Shown in pieces: positions 55,398 to 64,000 of a stretch of DNA of 64,000 bases (position 1 is its first letter; every line of letters starts with the position of its first letter). The stretch lies in the NCBI GenBank assembly GCA_963845565.1, contig CAWJSJ010000001.1:608001-672000 (forward strand), given 5' to 3'. The stretch comes from an uncultured Methylomirabilota bacterium (GTDB taxonomy: Bacteria > Methylomirabilota > Methylomirabilia > Methylomirabilales > 2-02-FULL-66-22). The notes under the pieces were generated by a model. That model had not been told where the DNA came from, did no database searches, and was given only the letters and a program-made list of their open reading frames with translations. The position numbers were made by a program, and so were the translations under genes.

Positions 55398-55426
55398 TTG
55401 ACGAGGCCCGGCACGCGTGTTAGAGT
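55398..55426 (+). promoter_or_regulatory. sigma70-type promoter for the panE-like gene and metH
   Basis: TTGACG-17-TAGAGT with TGn extension, right after the cytX stop. Confidence 0.65.
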
Positions 55427-55499
55427 TCGCGGCCGGTGGGTGTGTGGGGTTTGCGAGGCGAAGGCGCGCCTCGTCTATCGCGGCACGGAGGGATGTGCG

Positions 55500-56504
55500 G
55501 TGCACACGGTGATTGTTGGCGCAGGGGCGCTGGGGAGCATCCTCGGCGGGTACCTGGCGGAAACCGGGATATCGGTGACCTTGGTGGGACGGAAGCCCCA
55601 CGTGGACGCGATTCGCTCCCGGGGCCTCATCATCGAGGGACTGCGGGGACATCGGACAATCGGCAACCTTCGCGCCGTGGCCGATCCGCGCGAGGTGGCA
55701 TCGGCGGACCTCCTGATCCTTGCCGTCAAAAGCTACGACACAGCCGAGGCGCTGGTCGGGATCGCTCACTTGCGAGGTCAGGTGGGCGCAGCCCTGTCGG
55801 TCCAGAACGGGGGCGGAAAGGACGAGGCGCTGGCCGAGGCGCTCGGCGGTGACGTCGTGATCGGCGCCACCAGCATCGTCGGCGGCAGTATGCCGGAACC
55901 GGGACGCGTCATGCATACCAACGACGGCGCGACCTGGATCGGCGAGCTCGATGGGCGGCGGTCCGCTCGGGTCGAGGCGATTGCCGAATGCTTCCGCAAG
56001 GCGGAGCTCGCCGTGGAGGTCCGGGAAGATATCCGGAGCGCGATCTGGTGCAAACTCAACCAGATGGTCCCCGCGGCCACGCTGGCATGCGTGACCCGGT
56101 TACGCGTTCACGAGATGTATCAGGATCGGTCCCTGGCAACCCTCTTCGTGGAGTTGAGCCGCGAGATCGCCGCGATCGCCGATCGCACCGGCATCTCGCT
56201 GGCGGATTATCAAGGTTTTCCGGTCAAGACCCTGTGTTCGCAGCCGTTCGACGACGCCGTCGCATCGGTCATGGCGCGCGGGCGCATGATGCAGGAGCGT
56301 GGCATGACCCAGGTGAAGATCTCCACGCTGCAGGACCTGGAACGCGGGCGCCGAACGGAAGCCGATCACGTCATCGGGTATGTCGTGCGACTCGCGGCGG
56401 CGCACCGGGTTCCGGTCCCGAAGCTCGACGTCCTTTACCGCGTCATCCAGGGTATCGAAGCGGCGCAGCGTGCGACCGCGTCCGCCCCCGAGGGGAGGAT
56501 GTAA
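55500..56504 (+). CDS. Ketopantoate reductase (PanE/ApbA) family protein
   Basis: VGAGALG, LAVKSYD, VQNG, W.KL, STLQD..GRRTE. Confidence 0.85.
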   Translation: MHTVIVGAGALGSILGGYLAETGISVTLVGRKPHVDAIRSRGLIIEGLRGHRTIGNLRAVADPREVASADLLILAVKSYDTAEALVGIAHLRGQVGAALSVQNGGGKDEALAEALGGDVVIGATSIVGGSMPEPGRVMHTNDGATWIGELDGRRSARVEAIAECFRKAELAVEVREDIRSAIWCKLNQMVPAATLACVTRLRVHEMYQDRSLATLFVELSREIAAIADRTGISLADYQGFPVKTLCSQPFDDAVASVMARGRMMQERGMTQVKISTLQDLERGRRTEADHVIGYVVRLAAAHRVPVPKLDVLYRVIQGIEAAQRATASAPEGRM

Positions 56505-56510
56505 GCGACC

Positions 56511-59500
56511 ATGCCGGGCGACTTCCGACACCTGCTCCGCGAGCGCGTCCTGATCTTCGACGGGGCGATGGGGACCTCGATCCAGGACCGCGGCCTCTCG
56601 GTGGACGATTTCGAGGGGCAGGAGGGATGCAACGAGATCCTGGTCCTCTCTCGACCGCAGGTGGTCCGGGAGATCCACGCCAGTTTCCTGGAAGTCGGCT
56701 GCGATGCAATCGAGACCAATACCTTCGGAGCAAGTCGCCTGGTCCTGGGGGAGTATGGCCTGGCGGAAAAGGCCTACGAGATCAATCGGACGGCCGCCCG
56801 GCTGGCGCGCGAGGTGGCGGCGAGCTTCTCCTCCTCCGAACAGCCCCGCTTCGTGGTGGGGGCGATGGGCCCGGGTACGCGACTCCCGTCCCTCGGTCAG
56901 ATCGCCTTTGACGAACTGGTCGCCATGTACCGGGAGCAGGCGCGCGGCCTGATCGACGGCGGCGCGGATGTCCTCTTGGTCGAGACCTGTCAGGACCTGT
57001 TGCAGGCCAAGGCAGGTGTGATCGGTTGCCAGGATGCCATGACGGCGGCCGGGACGCCGCGCCCGCTGATGGTCCAGGTGACGCTGGAGCCGACAGGCAC
57101 CATGCTCCTGGGGACGGAGCTGGGTGCGGCCCTCACCGCGCTGGAGGCGTACGACCTGGATGCCATCGGGCTGAATTGCGCCACCGGTCCGCAGGAAATG
57201 ATGGAGCACGTCCATTTCCTCAGCCGACAGTCGCGGAAAGCGATTTCCTGCCTCCCGAACGCCGGGCTCCCCCACATGGAGGGGGGACGGGCGTGTTATC
57301 TTCTCACGCCGGACGAACTGGCCGACTTCCATCGGCACTTCGTGGAGCAGCACGGCGTCAACATTGTGGGTGGCTGCTGCGGGACGACGCCGGCGCACCT
57401 CAAGCGCGTGGTGGAGGTAATCGGGCGACGCGCTCCGACCCCCCGCACCCCTGAGCACATTCCCGCGGCGTCCAGCTTGTATTCCAGCGTGCCCTTTCGA
57501 CAGGATCGGAGCATTCTGATCGTCGGCGAGCGGACCAATGCCAACGGGTCCAAGCAGTTCCGCGAGCGCCTGCTGGCCGGCGATGCGGACGGCATGGTCG
57601 CCGTGGCGCGCGATCAGGTCAAGGAGGGGGCGCACGTCCTGGACGTGTGCGTGGATTACGTGGGCCGCGACGGCGTGGCGGACATGGCGGACCTGGTCGG
57701 GCGGCTGGCCACGCAGTGCACGATTCCCCTGGTGATCGATTCCACCGAGGCGCCGGTGATCGAGGCGGCGCTGAAGCGCTCGGGGGGCCGGGCGATCATC
57801 AACTCCGTCAATCTGGAGGACGGGGAAGCGGGGCGCCCGGCCGCGGTCTTCTCGTTGGCGCGTCGGTACGGGGCGGCTGTGATCGGCCTCCTGATTGACG
57901 AGGAGGGGCAGGCGCGGAGCGTGGAGTGGAAGCTCCGGGTCGCGCATCGCTTGCACGACCTGGCGGTCCATCGGTACGGCTTGGAGCCGTCGGATCTGAT
58001 CTTCGACGCGCTGACGTTTCCCGTCGGATCCGGTCAGGAGGACCTGCGCAAGGACGGGTTGGCCACGCTGGAGGCGATCCGGCGGATCAAGGCGGAGCTG
58101 CCTGGAGTCTACACCATCCTCGGCGTGAGCAACGTCTCCTTTGGCCTGAAACCGGCGGCGCGGCAGGTGTTGAACAGCGTCTTCCTCCATCTGGCGGTGG
58201 AGGCGGGGCTGGATGCCGCCATCGTGAATGCGGCGAAGATCCTGCCCATGAACCGGATCGACCCCAGTCAACGGGAAGTGGCGCGCCAACTCATTTACGA
58301 CGAACGCCGCGACGGATACGACCCGCTGACGGAGTTCATGCGCCTCTTCGAGACCGGCGCCGGAACCAAGATTGCCGTGGATCCGACGGTCCCTCGGAGT
58401 GTCGAGGAGCGCCTGAAGGCCCGCATCGTGGACGGGGAGCGCCCCGGGCTGGAAGCGGTATTGGACGAGGCGCTGGGCGCGTACGACGCGCTCACGATCA
58501 TCAACGAGATCCTGCTGGACGGTATGAAGACGGTCGGGGAACTGTTCGGAAGCGGCCAGATGCAGCTCCCGTTCGTGCTGCAGTCGGCCGAGGTCATGAA
58601 GGCGGCGGTGGGTTACCTCGAACGATTCATGACTCGTTCCGAAGGGCAGACCAGAGGGAAGATCGTCCTGGCGACGGTCAAGGGGGACGTCCACGACATC
58701 GGGAAGAACCTGGTGGACATCATCCTGACCAATAACGGGTACACCGTCATCAACCTCGGGATCAAGCAGCCGATCCACAACATCGTGGAGGCCGCGCTGA
58801 AGGAGCGGGCGGACGCCATCGGTATGAGCGGTCTCCTGGTGAAGTCCACCCTCGTCATGCGGGACAATCTGGAGGAACTGAATGCCCGGGAGCTCTGGCG
58901 GTTCCCGGTGATCCTGGGCGGCGCGGCGCTGACGCGCGGCTACGTGGAGGAGGATCTGCGGGCCGTCTATCGAGGGGATGTGCATTACGCCGGGGATGCC
59001 TTCGACGGGCTGCGGCTGATGGGGGAGATCACCTCGCGCGAGCCGGGCGACGCGCCGGTGTACCCGGCAACGGCCAGACGGCGAACCGCGCCGTGTGCGG
59101 CCCCCGCAGCCGCCGTGACAGCCACGGCGCAGAGTCCGTCCACCGGACGGAGCGACGTTCGGAGCGATGTCGCTCCCCCGACCGCCCCATTCTTCGGAAC
59201 TCGCGTGGTGACGGAGGTTCCCCTCGCCGATGTGTTTGCCTTCGTGAACGAGGTGGCGCTGTTCCGGACGCAGTGGCAATTCCATCGAGGCAAGGGCAAG
59301 CCGGAGCGTTTCGATGAGCTGATCCGGACGCACGTCCGGCCGATCTACCAGCGCTGGAAGGCGCGCTGCGCGAAGGAAACCATCCTGAACCCACAGGTAG
59401 TGTACGGGTATTTTCGGTGCCAGTCCGAGGGGGACGATCTGATCGTGTACGAGGAAGACGGGCGGACACCGCAGGAGCGGTTCCGTTTTCCGCGGCAGCC

Positions 59501-59969
59501 CGGCGGGCGGCGGCTCTGTCTGGCAGATTTCTTCGCCTCGACGGACTCCGGGCGGATGGATGTGTTGGGCTGCATGCTGGTGACGGTGGGGCGGCGGGCG
59601 ACCGAGGTGGCACGCGCATTGTTCGAGGAGCACAACTACACCGACTACCTCTATCTCCACGGCCTGTCCGTCGAGGCCGCCGAGGCGCTGGCAGAGTTGT
59701 GGCACAAGCGCATGCGGGAGGAGCTGGGGATCGCGGGCGACGACTCGCCTGAATTGACTCGGCTCTTCCGACAGGCGTACCGGGGATCCCGGTACAGCTT
59801 CGGGTATCCGGCCTGTCCGAACCTGGAGGATCAGGTCGGCCTCTGCCGATTGCTGCAGCCGGACCGGATCGGGGTGGAGCTGAGCGACGAATTCCAGCTC
59901 GAGCCGGAGCAATCCACCTCCGCCCTCATCGTGCACCATCCCGAGGCCAAGTACTTCAACATCGCGTGA
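56511..59969 (+). CDS. metH: Cobalamin-dependent methionine synthase
   Basis: FDGAMGT, GLNCATGP, GGCCGT, VGERTNANGS, ATVKGDVHDIGKNLV, MSGLL, RYSFGYPACP. Confidence 0.97.
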   Translation: MPGDFRHLLRERVLIFDGAMGTSIQDRGLSVDDFEGQEGCNEILVLSRPQVVREIHASFLEVGCDAIETNTFGASRLVLGEYGLAEKAYEINRTAARLAREVAASFSSSEQPRFVVGAMGPGTRLPSLGQIAFDELVAMYREQARGLIDGGADVLLVETCQDLLQAKAGVIGCQDAMTAAGTPRPLMVQVTLEPTGTMLLGTELGAALTALEAYDLDAIGLNCATGPQEMMEHVHFLSRQSRKAISCLPNAGLPHMEGGRACYLLTPDELADFHRHFVEQHGVNIVGGCCGTTPAHLKRVVEVIGRRAPTPRTPEHIPAASSLYSSVPFRQDRSILIVGERTNANGSKQFRERLLAGDADGMVAVARDQVKEGAHVLDVCVDYVGRDGVADMADLVGRLATQCTIPLVIDSTEAPVIEAALKRSGGRAIINSVNLEDGEAGRPAAVFSLARRYGAAVIGLLIDEEGQARSVEWKLRVAHRLHDLAVHRYGLEPSDLIFDALTFPVGSGQEDLRKDGLATLEAIRRIKAELPGVYTILGVSNVSFGLKPAARQVLNSVFLHLAVEAGLDAAIVNAAKILPMNRIDPSQREVARQLIYDERRDGYDPLTEFMRLFETGAGTKIAVDPTVPRSVEERLKARIVDGERPGLEAVLDEALGAYDALTIINEILLDGMKTVGELFGSGQMQLPFVLQSAEVMKAAVGYLERFMTRSEGQTRGKIVLATVKGDVHDIGKNLVDIILTNNGYTVINLGIKQPIHNIVEAALKERADAIGMSGLLVKSTLVMRDNLEELNARELWRFPVILGGAALTRGYVEEDLRAVYRGDVHYAGDAFDGLRLMGEITSREPGDAPVYPATARRRTAPCAAPAAAVTATAQSPSTGRSDVRSDVAPPTAPFFGTRVVTEVPLADVFAFVNEVALFRTQWQFHRGKGKPERFDELIRTHVRPIYQRWKARCAKETILNPQVVYGYFRCQSEGDDLIVYEEDGRTPQERFRFPRQPGGRRLCLADFFASTDSGRMDVLGCMLVTVGRRATEVARALFEEHNYTDYLYLHGLSVEAAEALAELWHKRMREELGIAGDDSPELTRLFRQAYRGSRYSFGYPACPNLEDQVGLCRLLQPDRIGVELSDEFQLEPEQSTSALIVHHPEAKYFNIA

Positions 59970-60204
59970 GCGCGGTGCGGGTGTCGCGAACCGGACCAGG
60001 CAGAGAATTCCGTTGCTGCGCGGTCCGGGACTGCGCTAGAGTATCGTCGGGACCGGACGCTCGATGGGAGGATGGCGCAGAGGGTCCGGGGAAATCGGAA
60101 ACGAGGGGGGCGATCGGGTTGTCGGCGCGGGCCCCCACCTTGAGAGCCACGGTGGGCGATGCCAGAAAGCGCCCCGTGGCTTTGCTGTTTGAGAGGAGCG
60201 TGCC

Positions 60205-61375
60205 ATGACGATGTCCAAGATGTTTCATCCCCCCACGCGGCTGCTGTTGGGGCCGGGTCCGAGCAACGTGGATGGCCGCGTCCTGCAGGCGATGAGTGCC
60301 CCCATGATCGGGTACTTCGACCCGAGCATGTCGGAACTCACCGGTGAGATCTCGCGGCTGCTCCGCCTGGTCTTCGGCACGACGCATGCGATGACGCTCC
60401 CCGTGTCGGGCACCGGAACGGCCGGGATGGAGGCGGCGCTGATCAACCTGCTGGAGCCGGGAGACACGGCGCTGCTCGCCTGCAACGGCTACTTCGGCGA
60501 CCGGATGGTGCAGATTGCCGAGCGGTGCGGGGCGGTCCCCGTCAAGCTGGAAGCCGAGTGGGGCCGGCCGATTCTCCCCGGAGCAGATCGAGGCCGCCTT
60601 CAAGCAGGCCGGCCGCGCCACGGTTCTGGGCGTGGTACATGCCGAGACCTCCACGGGCGTCCTGCAGCCGCTCGAGGGTCTCCGCCAGATCGCGGATCGG
60701 TACGGCGCGTTTCTCCTGGTAGACGCGGTCACGAGTCTGGGCGGCCATCCGGTGGAGGTGGACCGGCACGGCGTGGACGCGTGTTACTCCGGTACCCAGA
60801 AGGCGCTGAGCGCGCCGACGGGTCTCTCGCCGATCACCGTGTCCGACCGGGCGATGGACCGCATCCGAAAGCGGCCGCGGAAGCTCCAGAGCTTCTATCT
60901 GGATCTCGCGATGTTCGAGCAGTACTGGACGGGGAACCCGTACTACCATCACACGCCGCCGACCACGTTCCACTATGCGCTGCTGGAGGCGCTGCGGATC
61001 GTGGAGGAAGAGGGGCTGGCGGCGCGCTGGGAACGCCACCGACTGAGCCACCTGGCGCTGGTGGCGGGCCTGGAGGCGATGGGGCTCCAGATGCACGTGG
61101 AGCCGCCGTACCGCCTGTGGACGCTCAACACCGTCCGGATCCCGGCGGGGGTCGACGACGCCAAGGTGCGCGGTCGGCTCCTCAAGGAATTCGGGATCGA
61201 GATCGGCGGAGGCCTGGGTGTCTTGAAGGGCAAGGTGTGGCGCATCGGCCTGATGGGGACGAACTCCCGGCCGAATAACGTGCTGCTCCTGCTGGCGGCG
61301 CTGGAGCGGATCCTGCCGGCCGAGGGATATCGGTGCGGTTCGGGAATCTCGGCCGCGAATCGTGTCTACGTCTAG
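60205..61375 (+). CDS. Alanine--glyoxylate / serine--pyruvate aminotransferase family (class V); one extra C near 60576-60579
   Basis: [24 protein letters not shown]; +1 frame [33 protein letters not shown]. Confidence 0.9.
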
Positions 61376-61417
61376 GGATAGGGATCCGTCGCTCGGGATC
61401 ACTCCACCAAGAACAAG

Positions 61418-61445
61418 GCCCCGGTCGCCATTCGGCGACCGGGGC
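61418..61445. terminator. GC-rich hairpin between convergent genes
   Basis: GCCCCGGTCGCC-ATTC-GGCGACCGGGGC (12-bp perfect stem). Confidence 0.65.
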
Positions 61446-61469
61446 GCTTTGGGTTCGTGGGCAGCTTCG

Positions 61470-62928
61470 CTAGAGCTTGAGGCCCAGCGGGTTGTCGTAG
61501 ATCGTCCACCCGATGAAGTAGACGAACAGGATGATCGCCCAGGCCACGTTGGCCACAACGATCCATGGCCGCGGCTTGATCGGCCCGGGCAGGAGCTTCG
61601 CGTTCAGGTAGATGATCCCCAGGGTGAGTGAGGCGTGGACCGCCACGCCGGCCCAGTTGATGATGACCCACAGGATATACGGGGTCCGCATCCAGACGGT
61701 GATCATCCCCACGACGCACAGGATCCCCAGCATCCAGAAGTAATAGAAGCGGTATGGACGCCGGTCGGTGGCGTGCGTTTCGACCGTCACCGTGTCCGCG
61801 AACATCCGGGCGATACCGTCGTACACCGAGAACTGGCTGTCGAACAGCGCGAAGATCAGGATCACGCAGAACAGCACGAACCCGAACTGGCCGTAGGCCG
61901 ACCTGAAGATCTCGGCCAGGACGGTGGCCACCTGGATACCGCCCGGGACCTTCATGTTGTAGATGACGGCCGCGGAGTAGCCGGCCAGGCTGGCGAAGTA
62001 GGTGAACAGGATCCCGCCCAGGATGATGAAGAACACCGCCAGCGTGGTGGTGTTCATCCACAGCCAGTCGCGGAACTTGGCGAGCTCGGTCGGGCTGTCG
62101 GTGTCGAAGATGTAACCGTAACGGCGCACCTCTTCCGGGGGCGAGGTGAGGCCGGTGACGTGGCCGAAGTACTTGGCCATGCCCATGCCCTTCTCGCGCA
62201 CCCAGTAGGTGTGCCAGAAGTTCCAGAATCCGCCGGCCGGCTGGTTCAGGAACGGCCCGATGGCGGTGAGCGTGATGCCGGCCGGGATCGTGCCGACCGC
62301 GACCCAGCCCCAGCTCACCTCGCGAACGGCGGCCCAGTTCGTCATGAAGATGGTGAGGAAGGCAAGACCCGCCGTGGCGACCACGAAGCACACGTACATG
62401 ATCATCTCGAGCGTGTTGTAGACCCGCTTGCTACCGGCAAAGACGACGAACACCAGGCCCAGCGCCACCATGGCCACGTACTGCCATGTTGGGATACCGA
62501 AGAGGGCCGCGACGCCCGCGGCCGCGCCGCCGATCCAGGCCGGCCAGCCCTGCTGGACGATGCACAGGATGGCGGTCGCCCAGCCCCAGAACTTGGCGGG
62601 CTTGAGGCGGGTGAATCCCTGGAGGACCGTCTCGCCGGTGGCGATCGTGTAGCGGGCGATCTCGTTGTTCATGAGGAGCTGGAAGAAGCAGGAGATGACG
62701 TAGACCCAGTAGATCCCGGTCCATTTCTGGGCGGCGACATAGCCGGCCTGGTACGCCTCGAAGCCGCCCACGGAGAGCGCACCCAGGACGACGGCCGGTC
62801 CGGCCCATTGCATGAAGGTGCCGAAAGTTCCTGGGTGGCGCCGCCGGCATCTCCCGCACTTCCCAAGGCGGCTTGATGTCGCCGGCCGGAACCGTTCGCA
62901 CTGCCTTGGCCTTCACCTGTTCTGCCAT
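61470..62928 (-). CDS. Nramp-like (APC superfamily) transporter; one extra base near 62824-62826
   Basis: GGAGG RBS before ATG 62928; removing one base joins PPRNF-GTFMQWAGPAVV; NEIARYTIATGET..GF; YWVREKG.GM; about 11 TMs. Confidence 0.8.
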
Positions 62929-63361
62929 CGCTTGACCTCCTGTTGGGGGTGACGTGGAACAGAACGCTACGGCGATCGCCATGCGGGCATGCTGCCCGCA
63001 TTGTTACACACCGGAGAGACGCCAAGGATGTGGAGATCCGAAGAACGGGCCAGGCGAGGGCGGGAATTGTGACTCCGCTGTGCGGTTGTGGTGCAGCCAG
63101 GATCGCGCACGATGGAGCTCGGCAGGGCGAAACCGACGGGCTGGGAACCCATGGTCGTTTCCTCATACCTCCCACGAGGTACAGGTCGCGTGAGCTTGGG
63201 ATGCCTCATACCGCGAGGCGAGTCCTCTTGTCAATAACAAATCTCTGCTGCGATCGTGGCAGAGCATCTAGGAACGCGGAAATGAACAATACTGAATCGG
63301 TCGGCAACGGCGGGGTCGGCCCGAGTCCAGGCACCCTTGTGCCGGATTCACGGCCTGGGCG

Positions 63362-64000
63362 TCAGCGGCCGGCGCCGCGCGCCGCGATCGGCCAGAGTGC
63401 CTCTACTCGGTCGTTACGATACCCGACGTACCAATCATAAAGATTCACGGTGGGGTCGCAATGCCCCGGAATCAGCCGAAGCTTGGCGCCGAGTTCCAGG
63501 GTGCGCGCGGGGTCATGCAGGGTGAGTTTGCCGTGCTCATCGGCGGCGCGCACGTACTCCACATCGGGCATCCCGGCTACCCAGGGGAGCCCCGCGTCCA
63601 CGCTGAGCGCCTTGAGCCCGGCGTCGAGGACCGCGCGCTCCTTCGTCGGTCGGCTCATGACGGTGGCCCACACGAAGAGGCTGTGCTCGAAATCGGTTGT
63701 CGTGCTGCCATCCGCGGCCAGATTCTTCGCGTAGTCCGCGTCCATGAAAATGTACGAGCCCGCCTGAAGCTCGGTAAAGACGCCGCTCCCTGCCTCGAAC
63801 CGGTAGCTGCCTGTTCCGGCGCCGGTGACCAACTCGCAGGGAAGGGCGTGCCGCGCGAGGAGTTCGACGGTGTGGCGCGTCTTCTCGACCCCGGCGTCGG
63901 CCGCCTCCTTTCGCTTGGCGAACTCACGCACGTGTTGCGCGGAGCCGTGATACGCCTGCAAGCCGGCGAACCGAAGGCCGGGCGACGCCGCAATCTGCTT
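63362..64000 (-). CDS. DSD1-family PLP-dependent enzyme (D-threonine/3-hydroxyaspartate aldolase-like), 5' truncated
   Basis: QAYHGSAQH, TGAGTG, ELQAGSYIFMD, DAGLK, DEHG, PGHCDPTVNLYD, IAARG. Confidence 0.9.
   Translation of the reverse strand, partial: KQIAASPGLRFAGLQAYHGSAQHVREFAKRKEAADAGVEKTRHTVELLARHALPCELVTGAGTGSYRFEAGSGVFTELQAGSYIFMDADYAKNLAADGSTTTDFEHSLFVWATVMSRPTKERAVLDAGLKALSVDAGLPWVAGMPDVEYVRAADEHGKLTLHDPARTLELGAKLRLIPGHCDPTVNLYDWYVGYRNDRVEALWPIAARGAGR

Noticed and set aside
56100..59939. 1279-aa ORF on the minus strand (also 42437-45064, 26124-28625, 51180-53450 and 8624-10735)
   Set aside because: Antisense shadows of well-supported genes, expected in high-GC DNA; no recognisable motifs.
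53835..59969. TPP riboswitch control extending to the panE-like gene and metH
   Set aside because: A good independent promoter (TTGACG-17-TAGAGT) lies right after the cytX stop.

Overview
GC-rich diderm bacterial chromosome segment with no rRNA, tRNA, CRISPR, prophage or intact transposase. It has four blocks. (1) 1-4.6 kb: partial ettA, a rubredoxin + flavodiiron pair, and a hypothetical DxDxDG-motif protein behind a sigma28-like promoter. (2) 4.7-20.6 kb, minus strand: a 15-gene co-oriented energy locus. It comprises a group 3d Hox hydrogenase (hoxEFUYH, hoxW), an FdhF-like protein that has lost its Mo ligand and catalytic residues, an AsrA/AsrB (sulfhydrogenase beta/gamma)-like NAD(P)H module, a second protease, and a five-subunit group 4 membrane [NiFe]-hydrogenase. 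This is the best candidate for an undescribed system. (3) 21-53.7 kb: housekeeping genes rplM-rpsI, argCJ, rpsB-tsf-pyrH-frr-cdsA-lnt-prfB (+1 programmed frameshift), lysS-lolE-lolD, clpC, bamA-skp and a lipid A/core cluster that lacks lpxA and carries a WaaF-GmhB fusion. (4) 53.8-64 kb: a TPP riboswitch with cytX, a panE-like gene with metH, an aminotransferase, an Nramp-like transporter and a partial DSD1-family enzyme. Five genes each carry one extra base, most likely sequencing errors. All calls come from reading motifs by eye; no database searches were run.
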